A stretch of DNA of 64,000 nucleotides from Candidatus Kerfeldbacteria bacterium RIFCSPLOWO2_02_FULL_42_19 (GTDB taxonomy: Bacteria; Patescibacteriota; Patescibacteriia; HO2-48-17): positions 2,869-66,868 of the forward strand of contig MHKF01000001.1 of NCBI GenBank assembly GCA_001818315.1. The letters are read 5' to 3'. Numbering within the stretch: position 1 is the first letter of the stretch; each line of letters begins with the position of its first letter. This document shows, in pieces, positions 9,025 to 19,117 of the stretch. Made by a program: the position numbers and the translations under genes. The notes below the pieces were generated by a model. The model saw only the letters and a list, made by a program, of their open reading frames with translations. It was not told the DNA's origin and made no database searches.

Positions 9025-9570
9025 ATGCGGAGAATTTTAGAAGCCGGTCATTATTATTGCGCAAAAGGTCCAACACAATGGGCGAAAGTTGGATGGGAAA
9101 TTGCCAAAGAACTTGCCCATAATGGGGACAAAACAATGTTATTCATCGACGATGTTCATGACATTAGCAATGTCTCAGTATATGAGGTTGACATGCCAGT
9201 CATTTCACTCGGTGATTGTAGGCCTCATTATACGATCAGAGAATCGGAGGTCGAGTCCCAGGGGTTGCAAATTCTTGAGCAACTCAAAAATATCCCGAGC
9301 AAGAAAAGACGAGCCGAACTCCAAGGAACTGTGTGGTACTGTTCCGGTGCTGCTCTGACGAACGGCAAGGGAAAACCAAGTTGTGTCTTGCTCGATGCCG
9401 GTCTGAGCTTAGTGAAGCAACAATTTGGTTTTCAATCCGGCATTAACATCCTGCCGGAATTTTATCAGGATCAGCAGGAGAAACTACTAAGGATTGTCAA
9501 AAAAGCTCTCCCGGATTTCCAACTCCAGGTCATACTCTATGATCTAGATGGAAAATGGCACTATCTGTAG
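9025..9570 (+). CDS. Hypothetical protein (181 aa), conserved Cys-containing
   Basis: SD AGGAGA 8 nt upstream of the ATG at 9025 (the track ORF 8941 has an unsupported N-extension). No family recognised (GHYYCAKGPTQWAKVGW, LFIDDVHD, CVLLDAGL). Confidence 0.4.
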   Translation: MRRILEAGHYYCAKGPTQWAKVGWEIAKELAHNGDKTMLFIDDVHDISNVSVYEVDMPVISLGDCRPHYTIRESEVESQGLQILEQLKNIPSKKRRAELQGTVWYCSGAALTNGKGKPSCVLLDAGLSLVKQQFGFQSGINILPEFYQDQQEKLLRIVKKALPDFQLQVILYDLDGKWHYL

Positions 9571-9666
9571 TGTTGCTCTTAAATGGGAGGTAAGTCACGC
9601 ATCTTGCCTCCCATCTGTCTTTTTTACTTTTCTTTTCTCAACCTCAGCAAACTATTTGTATTCGAC

Positions 9667-10377
9667 ATGATCACACAATCCACAAAAAAAATGATCGGCA
9701 TTCTCGGTGGTATGGGCCCCTTAGCCAGCGCTAACCTTTACTATCGGCTGATTGAAATTGCTCAAAGAGATTACCATGCTGAACAGGATACTGATTTTCC
9801 ACCGATGTTTCTTTATAATATTACACTCTTTGGTTTTGATGAGACTGGGATTGTCGATCCAAAGCTTGTCAAAAAACAACTTATTGCCGGTGTCAAAAAA
9901 TTGGAACAATCCGGCAGCGATTTTATTATTATTGCGTGTAATACCGTACATTACTTTTATAACGACATGCAGCAAGCGGTGCGTATCCCCATTATCAGCA
10001 TCATTGATGAAACAACTCGGTTAGTACAAGAAACAAGATACACCATTGTTGGACTCTTAACCTCACACACAACGAAACATGTCGGTATTTATCAGAAGGC
10101 ACTGGAAAAGTTGGGTATACGAACTTTATTAGTTACCGAAGCACAACAGAAAATGCTCGATGAAGTGATTGTACATGTTATGTCAGGTGTGCAAGGCGAA
10201 GAGGATGAAAAAAATCTCAAAATTATTGTCGAGGATCTCCGTAAACAGGGTGCAGAAGCTATTATTCTTGGCTGTACCGAACTTCCATTGGCAATTCACC
10301 AAAGCGATATCCATGTACCACTTTTCGACAGCACTACTATTCTTGCCAAGGCAGCTTTGCGGCGAGCTCTCTTTTAG
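9667..10377 (+). CDS. Asp/Glu/hydantoin racemase family protein (aspartate-racemase-like)
   Basis: MIGILGGMGPLAS, IIACNTVHYF and ILGCTELPL are the two-Cys motifs of PF01177 racemases. Start at the internal ATG 9667. Confidence 0.7.
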   Translation: MITQSTKKMIGILGGMGPLASANLYYRLIEIAQRDYHAEQDTDFPPMFLYNITLFGFDETGIVDPKLVKKQLIAGVKKLEQSGSDFIIIACNTVHYFYNDMQQAVRIPIISIIDETTRLVQETRYTIVGLLTSHTTKHVGIYQKALEKLGIRTLLVTEAQQKMLDEVIVHVMSGVQGEEDEKNLKIIVEDLRKQGAEAIILGCTELPLAIHQSDIHVPLFDSTTILAKAALRRALF

Positions 10378-10527
10378 AAACTCTCTATGCAGCAGCTGGA
10401 TGAGTTGATACTTCATTCCAATTCAAAAAATAGATTTTCGATAGTCGGTCTATTCAAACGCAAGAATTTTTGATAAAGTAAGGTAAAAAGGTGGTATCAG
10501 TTCAAATTATTATTTCTGATGATTTTT

Positions 10528-10689
10528 ATGTCACAAGATAATCTTATTTATTTCGAATGTAGCGAGTGCAAAAGAAAAAATTATACGAGCATAAAAAATA
10601 AACGTAAACTCCAAGCCGCAGGAAGATTGCAATTCAAAAAACACTGCAAGCATTGTCAGGAGCACACGGTTCATAAGGAGACAAAGTAA
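10528..10689 (+). CDS. rpmG: 50S ribosomal protein L33
   Basis: Manual translation [53 protein letters not shown] (53 aa) matches the L33 zinc-ribbon pattern. Below the ORF-track size cut-off. Confidence 0.85.
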   Translation: MSQDNLIYFECSECKRKNYTSIKNKRKLQAAGRLQFKKHCKHCQEHTVHKETK

Positions 10690-10762
10690 AATTTGAGTTT
10701 TCTCCGAGTTTTGGCGCAGGAATATTCATTTTTCAGCAATAGAGTCTATACATGACTGCGAT

Positions 10763-10836
10763 GGGGGAGTATTTCAGCGGTAGAATGCCGGTCTCCAAAA
10801 CCGGTGACGAAGGTTCAATTCCTTCCTCCCCTGCCA
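10763..10836 (+). tRNA. tRNA-Trp (anticodon CCA)
   Basis: Acceptor GGGGGAG/CTCCCCT, anticodon stem CCGGT/ACCGG with loop CTCCAAA, T-arm GAAGGTTCAATTCCTTC, 3' GCCA encoded. Classic rpmG-tRNA-Trp arrangement. Confidence 0.8.
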
Positions 10837-10887
10837 GATGAAACTTTGCCATACTGTTAGGAGATAAAAGAAATGGTATAATATTTT

Positions 10888-11166
10888 ATGAGCAAAAGAT
10901 ACAAAGGGCAGCTACCAAAAATGTTTAAGCCATTACTTTGGTCGTTCAGATGGAAGGACCTTGATGTGACAAGCGATAAAGATGATATTATCCTCAATAC
11001 CATAAATGAAGGGACACTCGCTCATTGGCGATGGATCATAGATACCTATGGAAAAAAAACGATTAGGAAGACACTCGAGAAACGTTTAGCTTCAGAATTA
11101 CACCCCGAATCCAAAAATTTGGCCCGAGTGGTTTTTGACATAAAAAAATTCCGTTATGTACGATAG
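10888..11166 (+). CDS. Hypothetical protein; putative cognate partner/antitoxin of the downstream AbiEii-like nucleotidyltransferase
   Basis: 92 aa; overlaps the next ORF by 11 nt (translational coupling); immediately downstream of a tRNA gene. Confidence 0.35.
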   Translation: MSKRYKGQLPKMFKPLLWSFRWKDLDVTSDKDDIILNTINEGTLAHWRWIIDTYGKKTIRKTLEKRLASELHPESKNLARVVFDIKKFRYVR

Positions 11167-11773
11167 CGCACTCACTAAAAAAGCGTCAGATTTATTTCCG
11201 AAATTTCGTAGATTCAAAAATTTTTACTTGGTCGGCGGGACAGCTTTGGCTCTGCAGATTGGCCATCGCCTATCGGTCGACTTTGATTTTTTTACGAGAG
11301 AATCATTACCAAAGAATTTACTCTCAAGAGTGAAACAAATTTTTACAGACTCATCTTTTCATGTTACCTACCGATCTCCAGAACAGTTAAACGTTTTCAT
11401 TAATGAAGTAAAAATAACCTTTTTTCAATATGAGTACCCGATAGTGCAGCAATTAGTAAAATACAAAAATATACCAATGGCGAGCACATTAGAAATTGCG
11501 GCGATGAAAGCGTTTGCTATTGGAAAACGTTTATCATACAAAGATTACATCGATTGGTATTTCTTATTGAAAGAAAAACATGTAAATCTGAAACAAGTGA
11601 TTCAGTTGGCAAACAAGAAATTTGGAGGAGATTTTAATGATCGCTTATTTTTAGGTCAATTGGTTTCCATGACTGAAATTCCTGTTCAGAAGATCATTTT
11701 TCTGAAAGATAAACCTAGCCAAAAGAGGGTTCATAATTATCTAAAAAAAATAGTAAAGGATTATCAGTTTTAA
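11156..11773 (+). CDS. Nucleotidyltransferase, AbiEii/AbiGii toxin family (type IV TA / abortive infection)
   Basis: FYLVGGTALALQIGHRLSVDFDFF (cf. GGTAL...R.SEDIDF of PF08843) and C-terminal K..A...R.SYKDYIDWYFL. Confidence 0.55.
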   Translation: MYDSALTKKASDLFPKFRRFKNFYLVGGTALALQIGHRLSVDFDFFTRESLPKNLLSRVKQIFTDSSFHVTYRSPEQLNVFINEVKITFFQYEYPIVQQLVKYKNIPMASTLEIAAMKAFAIGKRLSYKDYIDWYFLLKEKHVNLKQVIQLANKKFGGDFNDRLFLGQLVSMTEIPVQKIIFLKDKPSQKRVHNYLKKIVKDYQF

Positions 11774-11823
11774 ATTGAAAATTTCCTGCGTTCGCAGGCA
11801 GGATCATTTATTAAAATTTGTGT

Positions 11824-12153
11824 ATGAAAAAAAATAAAACAAAGAGTAGAAATGATAAAATTCTTTCACGCGTCTTATACTTCAGTGCGCCAATTATTAT
11901 ATTCATTCTGCTACTACTGGGAATTTTTATTTTTCTTGAATATCAAACAAAAAAAACAACGTCTAGTGAATATGATCCAATGTATTATTGCAAACAAGAT
12001 TCTGATTGTGTGTTAATGCCCGGAGGGTGCAGTGTAATAAATAAAAAATATTACAAAGAACCCGAGGGAATAGTGATAGATTGTCTCTGGGGCGCGGTTC
12101 CAAAATGTAAAGATAATTTATGTGTCGCAGATCCAAGTGTAGAACTTGAATAA
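11824..12153 (+). CDS. Small membrane-anchored Cys-rich secreted protein
   Basis: One N-terminal TM then a 6-Cys domain (CKQDSDC...GGCS...DCLWGAVPKCKDNLC). Confidence 0.4.
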   Translation: MKKNKTKSRNDKILSRVLYFSAPIIIFILLLLGIFIFLEYQTKKTTSSEYDPMYYCKQDSDCVLMPGGCSVINKKYYKEPEGIVIDCLWGAVPKCKDNLCVADPSVELE

Positions 12154-12252
12154 AGATATTTAGGTTGCTCAGAAAGTTTACGAGGCAAAAAAGATGCGAT
12201 ACGGAAAGAGAATAATTGCAAGAAGTATTTCTCTTTGGTATAGTAGAAAAAG

Positions 12253-12708
12253 ATGAAAGCAAATATAATGATGCCACATCATACTTTTGGCAAATATTTC
12301 AGCGAAATATTACTCACGATAGTTGTGTTAGTGAGTTTTTTAGGAATGTTCGTATGTCGAACAGCGCTAGCCAACGCAATGTCAGAAGATATGACAACGA
12401 CTCATCATACGACTATGTCAAGCTGCGATATATTCGTATCCAAAACGTGCATCATGTCTATTTTTGAGCACCTGAATAATTGGACCAATACGTTTGTTGG
12501 CATCATGAACACATCTTCGATGTTACTCATGTTTGTCTTGATTGGTTTCTACCTTGGACAGAAACTTACAATCTTCGCATCAAGAAGTATACAACGGTTT
12601 CTCTATTATTTTCGCCAATACGATCGTTTTCATCCAGACGTTGGACTTTACAATTTTTTCACATTCTTTTTTGCGCAGGGTATCATTCAGCCAAAAATCG
12701 ACGCCTAA
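12253..12708 (+). CDS. Hypothetical integral membrane protein
   Basis: Hydrophobic, 4 predicted TM, His-rich patch TTTHHTTMSSC; sits at the head of the copper locus. Confidence 0.35.
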   Translation: MKANIMMPHHTFGKYFSEILLTIVVLVSFLGMFVCRTALANAMSEDMTTTHHTTMSSCDIFVSKTCIMSIFEHLNNWTNTFVGIMNTSSMLLMFVLIGFYLGQKLTIFASRSIQRFLYYFRQYDRFHPDVGLYNFFTFFFAQGIIQPKIDA

Positions 12709-12719
12709 TACGTTTATAA

Positions 12720-14519
12720 TTGTCCAAAAGATTTTTTGGGCATATGCTTGCGTTGTTAGGTTTTTTAATTGGCAAAAATATGAATGAAAATCCTGAATGG
12801 TACATATCAAAATTTTTTGTGAGCGCTCTGACGAACGAAAAACGCGCAGAAGAAATCAAAAAAATTATTCAATCATCAATAGCAGTCGAGAAACTCGATG
12901 TGAACTTGCACAAACGACTCGTGCGGATCATTACAAGCGAATCTGTAGACGTAAAGAAGTTGCGCATCAAGCTGGTGCCACACGGTTTCCATCTGGAAGA
13001 ACGACCGATGTCAGCAGAAACCTATGGAAATCAAGTGCACGTTGCGAGTGAAAAACGTTCCGAACATATATCACACAACGATCCGCTCCAATACATTCCT
13101 GCAAATCAAGGTTATGTTCGAATCGAAGGCATGACGTGTCATAGCTGTGAAGTGCTCATCGAACGACAGTGGAAAAAATTACCGGGGGTACAAAAAGTAA
13201 CAGTAAATGCTGCAACTGGCCGAGCGCGCCTTGTATCTGACGGCGGTCCTCTGCCATCCATAGATCAACTCCAAACATTACTGGGAAACGAGAAATACCG
13301 AGTGCATGCCTATGAACGAGGCAAAGGAAAAATAGATCGAACACAAAGTGTACCGCAAGGTATTCTAGAAGGTCGTCCATCACTCGGACGACTCGTAGGT
13401 TTGTTTGCTGCGGTGTTTTTTATAGGCTACCTCTTATCTCGATTAGGTTTGTTTCAAACAAATATATCATTTACTGACAAACTGAATTTCGGAACCGTGT
13501 TTGTGATTGGTCTCGTCGCTGCGGCTTCTTCATGCATTGCCGTTGCTGGAGGCCTGATGTTATCGGCTGTGTCACGGTTTAACCAACGTTATCAAGGAGC
13601 AACACGTCTTGCTCGTATGCGACCAGTTATCATGTTTGTTACTGGCCGAGTATTAGGTTATGGATTTTTTGGTGGACTTTTAGGCGTAGTAGGTCAAGCA
13701 ATCACTCCTTCGCCAGTTGTCACTGGTTTCCTGATTCTCCTTGCTGCTCTTTACATGCTTGTGATGGGAATGGAAATGTTGCATATCGCACCCGCGTGGC
13801 TCAAGCGCTTCTTACCTCGGATGCCTAAAGGACTGTCACATCGCATTATGGATGCAGAATCAAAGAATCACCCCTTCATGCCCTTTCTCTTGGGTGCTGG
13901 AACTTTCTTTCTGCCGTGTGGATTTACGCAGGCATTACAATTGTATGCTTTGACAACAGGCAGTTTCAGTAGCAGCGCCCTGACGCTTTTCGCATTTGCT
14001 CTTGGTACCGCCCCTTCATTATTAGCATTGGGTTGGGCTTCAGGCTCACTGAAAGGAAAAGCCGGAAAACTCTTCTTTCAATTTTCTGGCGCTCTTGTGA
14101 TTGTATTAGGTGTGTGGAATATACAAAATAGCCTCAATCTCATGGGATACCCACTGTCTTTTGGAAATGTGCCATCTTCTGCATCAGCCGAAACTCCAGC
14201 GCCAGCAGCCGCGTTAGCGGAAGGAACTACACAAGGAGGATCACAAGACGTGCAAGTAGTGAAGATGAATGTGGCTGCATCAGGGTATTCGCCAAGTCGC
14301 TTAACGGTACGCGCTGGAACAAAAGTTCGATGGGAAGTTGACGGTACGAATGCCTATGGATGCGCGTCAGTCTTAGTCTCACGCAAGCTCGGTATTCAAA
14401 AATTACTTCAACCAGGAATCAACCTATTTGAATTCACCCCTACTGAACCGGGAGAAATAGCGTTCAGTTGTTCCATGGGTATGTATCGTGGCAGTTTCAC
14501 TGTGCTTCCAGCTGCTTAA
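12720..14519 (+). CDS. Multidomain copper/heavy-metal protein: degenerate HMA + HMA (MTCHSC) + CcdA/DsbD-like polytopic membrane domain with two TM Cys + C-terminal cupredoxin-like domain
   Basis: GMTCHSCEVLIERQWKKLPGV (HMA), TM Cys at AASSCIAVAGG and FFLPCGFTQALQLYAL, C-terminal VRAGTKVRWEV...FSCSMGMYRGSF (Cupredoxin_1-like). Confidence 0.6.
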   Translation: MSKRFFGHMLALLGFLIGKNMNENPEWYISKFFVSALTNEKRAEEIKKIIQSSIAVEKLDVNLHKRLVRIITSESVDVKKLRIKLVPHGFHLEERPMSAETYGNQVHVASEKRSEHISHNDPLQYIPANQGYVRIEGMTCHSCEVLIERQWKKLPGVQKVTVNAATGRARLVSDGGPLPSIDQLQTLLGNEKYRVHAYERGKGKIDRTQSVPQGILEGRPSLGRLVGLFAAVFFIGYLLSRLGLFQTNISFTDKLNFGTVFVIGLVAAASSCIAVAGGLMLSAVSRFNQRYQGATRLARMRPVIMFVTGRVLGYGFFGGLLGVVGQAITPSPVVTGFLILLAALYMLVMGMEMLHIAPAWLKRFLPRMPKGLSHRIMDAESKNHPFMPFLLGAGTFFLPCGFTQALQLYALTTGSFSSSALTLFAFALGTAPSLLALGWASGSLKGKAGKLFFQFSGALVIVLGVWNIQNSLNLMGYPLSFGNVPSSASAETPAPAAALAEGTTQGGSQDVQVVKMNVAASGYSPSRLTVRAGTKVRWEVDGTNAYGCASVLVSRKLGIQKLLQPGINLFEFTPTEPGEIAFSCSMGMYRGSFTVLPAA

Positions 14520-14538
14520 TTTTCTTACAAACAATTTT

Positions 14539-14766
14539 ATGGAAACTACATTTATGATTACCGGTATGCATTGCAACTCGTGCGAAAAAATAATCAACCT
14601 CACTTTAGAAGAATTACCCGGAATAAAAAATGTCAAAACATCGTATCAGGAAGGCGAATGTCGTGTAGACAGCGATCAATCATTAAACGCACAAGCTGTT
14701 ATACAAGCCATTGCTGATTTAGGTTATCAGGCAAAAGTGAAAGACACACAACCCCTTTCTTCTTAA
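14539..14766 (+). CDS. copZ: Copper chaperone CopZ-like HMA protein
   Basis: [13 protein letters not shown] (MxCxxC); ~75 aa from the internal ATG at 14539. Confidence 0.7.
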   Translation: METTFMITGMHCNSCEKIINLTLEELPGIKNVKTSYQEGECRVDSDQSLNAQAVIQAIADLGYQAKVKDTQPLSS

Positions 14767-14776
14767 TCACCATTCT

Positions 14777-17176
14777 ATGATTATGGTATCAGATGAAAAA
14801 ACACACACAGCGAGTCATCAAGCAAACACGCCAGGAGTACAACGTGTCAATTTGAATATTTTTGGCATGCATTGCGCAAGCTGTGCAGCGTTGATTGAGC
14901 GTTCCTTGTACAAGGTGTCGGGTGTCAAAGAAGCGAATGTCAATTACGGCGCAGAAAAAGCGCGAGTCGTATTTGATCCGAATCAAACAAATGTAGAACG
15001 ATTGAAAGCTTCTGTAACAAAAGCAGGGTATCGCGCAGAAATTGTAGATGCAAAAGATCATGAATTCGCACAAAGAAAACGTCTTGCTGAAATTCAAGTA
15101 TACAAAAAGAAATTTGTGATCGGTCTCATCTTGAGTATCCCACTCTTGTATTTCATGCTCTCAGATTTCATATTCCGTCTGCCGCTGCGCGAAGTATTTC
15201 TGCCGCGCATGGGATTTATTTCATTGCTGTTATCCACTCCAGTGCAATTCATTTTAGGCGCTGGATTCTATAGAGGCATGTGGTCGAGTCTGCGGATGAA
15301 AACCTTTAACATGGATAGTCTCATCGCGATTGGCACAACAACCGCTTACGTTTACAGTTTCTATGAGTTGGTACGCTACGTCGTGACGACGGGTTCTATC
15401 TTCGCGCCCATGGGGAGTAAGATACCGGATTTGTATTTTGAAATCAGTGCCTTCTTGATCACCTTTGTGTTGATGGGTAAATGGCTCGAAGCGCGCGCGA
15501 AAGGAAAAACAAGTGACGCTATCAGGAAGCTTATGGGCTTGAAAGCCAAAACCGCACGAGTGAAACGCGGTACTGAAATTGTAGAAATCAACGTAGATGA
15601 AGTAGTAGCAGGCGATATTGTTTTAGTGCGTCCGGGAGAAAAAATTCCTGTGGATGGGATTGTGATCAGTGGAGCATCCGCTGTGGATGAATCCATGCTC
15701 ACCGGCGAAAGTATGCCTGTCGAAAAAGTTGCAGGAGATACGGTCTTCGGCGCAACTATGAATAAAAACGGCAGTTTTGAATTTCGCGCAACCAAGGTCG
15801 GTGCAGAGACCGCTCTCGCTCAGATTATTCGGCTCATTGAAGATGCGCAAGGATCAAAAGCACCGATTCAAGCCTATGCTGATCGCATTTCAGCGTGGTT
15901 TGTACCCGCGGTCATCGTTATTGCGGTGCTGACATTTGTTGTGTGGTACGTCTTCGTAGGAGCGAGTTTCCTTGCTTCTTTGTTAGCTTTTGTATCCGTC
16001 ATTGTGATTGCATGTCCTTGTGCTCTTGGACTCGGGACACCGACAGCAGTCATGGTAGGTACAGGAAAAGGAGCAGAAAATGGCATTCTCATTAAAGGAG
16101 GTGAGCCGCTCGAAGCGCTGTCAAAACTTCAAGCCGTAATATTTGATAAAACCGGGACACTCACAAAAGGCAAACCCGAAGTCACTGACATTCTCCCGTA
16201 CGGCAAGTATACCGAAAATGAAGTATTGAAAATAGCAGGCAGTCTTGAGCAATCGTCTGAACATTCTTTAGCCGAAAGTATTTACGGTTATGCAAAAGAA
16301 AAAGGCATGGATATTATGGAAGTAAAGAAATTCCAAGCGATTCCCGGGCACGGGGTGATAGGTCACATCAATGAAAAAGAATATCACCTCGGAAATCGAA
16401 AACTTATACAACGAGAAGGGCATGACCTCACGCCTTTCGAAGAGCAACTGCAACGCCTCGAAGCAGCGGGTAAAACAGCAATGATATTAGCAACTCAAGA
16501 ACATATCGTGGGAATGATCGCCGTAGCAGATACCCTCAAGGAAACAACACCAGAAGCAGTACGCAAATTACAAGATATGAAACTGGAAGTGTATATGATT
16601 ACCGGTGATAATCAGCGCACAGCGAACGCTATCGGGAAGCAAGCGGGGATTCAGAATGTTTTAGCAGAAGTGCTGCCGCAGGATAAAGCAGCAGAAGTAC
16701 AAAAATTTCAGAAGCAAGGGAAACGTGTTGCGATGGTCGGTGACGGTATTAATGATAGCCCAGCGCTTGCACAAGCTGATGTCGGAATCGCGATGGGCAG
16801 CGGAACGGATATTGCTATGGAAACTGGCGGTGTTGTGATTATTAAAAATGATCTGAATGATGTAGTGAACGCGCTGCGCTTGAGCCGCACAACCATAGCA
16901 AAAATCAAAGAAAATCTTTTCTTCGCGCTCTTCTATAATGTTGTTGGGATTCCGATCGCAGCCGGAGTTTTTGTAAGTCTTGGAGTAATGCTACGCCCAG
17001 AACTTGCGGGACTTGCGATGGCTTTAAGTTCAGTTTCAGTAGTGACCAATTCACTTACGCTCAAAACATTTACGATGAAGGGAAAGAACATTTTCTTGCG
17101 TCTGACCCCTGTAATACTGACGCTCGTGTTCACCCTCATCTTTTTGGGATTCGCACAAATCAGCGCGCAACTTTAA
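14777..17176 (+). CDS. copA: Copper-translocating P1B-type ATPase
   Basis: N-terminal HMA GMHCASC; [12 protein letters not shown]; DKTGTLT phosphorylation site; [10 protein letters not shown]. Confidence 0.95.
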   Translation: MIMVSDEKTHTASHQANTPGVQRVNLNIFGMHCASCAALIERSLYKVSGVKEANVNYGAEKARVVFDPNQTNVERLKASVTKAGYRAEIVDAKDHEFAQRKRLAEIQVYKKKFVIGLILSIPLLYFMLSDFIFRLPLREVFLPRMGFISLLLSTPVQFILGAGFYRGMWSSLRMKTFNMDSLIAIGTTTAYVYSFYELVRYVVTTGSIFAPMGSKIPDLYFEISAFLITFVLMGKWLEARAKGKTSDAIRKLMGLKAKTARVKRGTEIVEINVDEVVAGDIVLVRPGEKIPVDGIVISGASAVDESMLTGESMPVEKVAGDTVFGATMNKNGSFEFRATKVGAETALAQIIRLIEDAQGSKAPIQAYADRISAWFVPAVIVIAVLTFVVWYVFVGASFLASLLAFVSVIVIACPCALGLGTPTAVMVGTGKGAENGILIKGGEPLEALSKLQAVIFDKTGTLTKGKPEVTDILPYGKYTENEVLKIAGSLEQSSEHSLAESIYGYAKEKGMDIMEVKKFQAIPGHGVIGHINEKEYHLGNRKLIQREGHDLTPFEEQLQRLEAAGKTAMILATQEHIVGMIAVADTLKETTPEAVRKLQDMKLEVYMITGDNQRTANAIGKQAGIQNVLAEVLPQDKAAEVQKFQKQGKRVAMVGDGINDSPALAQADVGIAMGSGTDIAMETGGVVIIKNDLNDVVNALRLSRTTIAKIKENLFFALFYNVVGIPIAAGVFVSLGVMLRPELAGLAMALSSVSVVTNSLTLKTFTMKGKNIFLRLTPVILTLVFTLIFLGFAQISAQL

Positions 17177-17191
17177 TCATTTTAATTGTAG

Positions 17192-17479
17192 ATGCATATG
17201 AATCAACACAATCTCAAAGAAAATTTGCAGAACCTCCATGACCCTGATTTCGATGAATCCGAACAGGAAGACGCATCGCCTCCAGCATCTCATACGCAAG
17301 TTGGAAGTCGTGTGGAAAGAAGCACAAGTACAGCCACAATATTTTCCTTGGACGAAATACTCAATCACATACCACCACGAATCGCCTTCGTGTTTGGTTT
17401 GATGCTCTCATTTATGATCATCGCGACAGTCGGCTTTCTATGGGCTTTGCCGTTGATTTGGAAACAAATCATCTCATAA
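17192..17479 (+). CDS. Hypothetical protein with acidic N-terminus and C-terminal TM
   Basis: 95 aa ORF directly after copA; no family recognised. Confidence 0.3.
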   Translation: MHMNQHNLKENLQNLHDPDFDESEQEDASPPASHTQVGSRVERSTSTATIFSLDEILNHIPPRIAFVFGLMLSFMIIATVGFLWALPLIWKQIIS

Positions 17480-17493
17480 TTATAAAATTCATT

Positions 17494-17994
17494 ATGAATA
17501 CAAAACAACGATACGGATTGTCAGCTGTTGTCTTGATAGGATTGCTCGTGGCAGCAGGATTTTTTCTCAGCGATCGCTCTGGTGCTGACAATCCACAAAC
17601 GCCCAGTAAACTCGCGGGCGTAAAAGGGGTATTGTATAAATCTCTCACGTGCGGCTGCTGTGAAAACTACGTCAAATACTTGCAAAAAAAGGGTATGCAG
17701 ATCGAAGTAAAAAATCAGACGAAAGATTCAGATCTCGCAGCAATCAAAAATCAATATAATATTCCTCCTGAAGAACAAAGTTGCCACACTTTGAAAGTCG
17801 GTGACTATTTTGTTGAAGGTCATGTGCCTGCAGAAGTTATCGAAAAACTTGTGACAGAAAAATCAGCTATCGCAGGTATTGCATTGCCAGATATGCCTGC
17901 GGGTTCTCCAGGAATGCCAGGAAAGAAACAAGGCGCTTTCAAGATTGATCAACTTTCCAAAGATAATCAATGGTCAACCTATACAGAATGGTAA
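17494..17994 (+). CDS. DUF411 family copper-resistance protein (CopG-like, CxCC cluster motif)
   Basis: Signal/TM anchor, LTCGCCENY (CxCC), SCH, EGHVP and a PGSPGMPG tail as in DUF411/CopG. Confidence 0.6.
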   Translation: MNTKQRYGLSAVVLIGLLVAAGFFLSDRSGADNPQTPSKLAGVKGVLYKSLTCGCCENYVKYLQKKGMQIEVKNQTKDSDLAAIKNQYNIPPEEQSCHTLKVGDYFVEGHVPAEVIEKLVTEKSAIAGIALPDMPAGSPGMPGKKQGAFKIDQLSKDNQWSTYTEW

Positions 17995-18038
17995 AGGAAT
18001 GGACGCGTGTATTTCGAACCGCATCACATTGAAACTAA

Positions 18039-18593
18039 ATGACAACGAATAAAAAGAAATCGTATAGAACGTATGTATGGTGTATATCGTTAATTCTGAC
18101 GATCATCTTCATCTTTCCAATTGTTGTGTTAGCACATTGTCCACTCTGCACGCTCGCTGCCGGTGCGACCGCGGTGGGGGCCATGTGGCTCGGTATCAAC
18201 ACATTCAGTATCGGGATATTCATTGGCGCCTTCGCAACAGCGCTAGGATTATGGGTCGCAAGGATCGTAAAATGGAAGCTTCCATATAAAAGTGCACTCT
18301 TTCTCGTCATATCTTTCTTGACGACCGTATTACCCATCAAGAGTTTGATGCCAGGATATTTTTCCTATTATCTTCACTGGGGTGGGGAATATGGATCGAT
18401 CTTGAATCGAACGTATATTCTGAGTCATTTTCTCGTTGGGGGTATTCTCGGAGTTGTATTATTACTCGTGGCTCCAAAATTCAGTCTGAGCGTAAGTCAA
18501 AGGCGTAAGAATAAAACCCTGCCGTATCAAGGGGTCACCATCACACTGCTTCTTTTACTGAGTGCTGCTTTGATTACCGAACTTATTCTATGA
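18039..18593 (+). CDS. Integral membrane protein with HCPLC motif in TM1 (possible metal-related)
   Basis: Hydrophobic 184 aa; CPxC in the first TM helix; in the copper locus. Confidence 0.4.
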   Translation: MTTNKKKSYRTYVWCISLILTIIFIFPIVVLAHCPLCTLAAGATAVGAMWLGINTFSIGIFIGAFATALGLWVARIVKWKLPYKSALFLVISFLTTVLPIKSLMPGYFSYYLHWGGEYGSILNRTYILSHFLVGGILGVVLLLVAPKFSLSVSQRRKNKTLPYQGVTITLLLLLSAALITELIL

Positions 18594-19045
18594 AGAGCGA
18601 TCCTTTTTTTTGGCTCATTGTTATCCCATCTGTATTATTCGTTTTTCTCTCACTCATAAAAAGATTTATTCCATGGAAATTTTGTACGGTCTGCGGCAGT
18701 ATTTTTTTGACGTGGCTTATTCTGCTCGTCAGTGATAAAATTTTGAGCAGCGCTTTCCTACAGGATCAAATATTGATGACGATACTGATCGGTGAAAGTG
18801 TGGCCGGATTCTATTACTTGCTTCTGCGAACTATACCAGCACAATATCATGTGTTTCGTTTTCCTATTCTTATCACGTTGAGTATTGGCGGTTATAGCTT
18901 AGCTCGTTGGTCGATCATGGGCTTACGCGATTTCATCATACTTGTAGTTTTGTGGCTTGTGTTCATTCTTCTTGCATTGTTCTCTTTACATCCTGTTGTA
19001 CGAAAGCGAGTCTCGCAATTACTCGCTTGCTGTCGCGATTGGTGA
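18590..19045 (+). CDS. Integral membrane protein with CTVCG motif
   Basis: 151 aa, 4-5 TM; start overlaps the previous stop by 4 nt. Confidence 0.4.
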   Translation: MKSDPFFWLIVIPSVLFVFLSLIKRFIPWKFCTVCGSIFLTWLILLVSDKILSSAFLQDQILMTILIGESVAGFYYLLLRTIPAQYHVFRFPILITLSIGGYSLARWSIMGLRDFIILVVLWLVFILLALFSLHPVVRKRVSQLLACCRDW

Positions 19046-19117
19046 GTTTGATGCACTTCGAATGACGCAACATGCTTCGGTCAATGCGTGTGTAAGAGAT
19101 TGTGATATACTATTGAT

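Noticed and set aside
15376-16095. Multiple 60-140-aa antisense/alternate-frame ORFs inside copA (for example 15376-15795 -, 15874-16092 -, 15895-16095 +)
   Set aside because: They lie fully within a confidently assigned P-type ATPase gene, have low-complexity Ala/Thr/Ser/Pro composition and show no translation signals. They are shadow ORFs.
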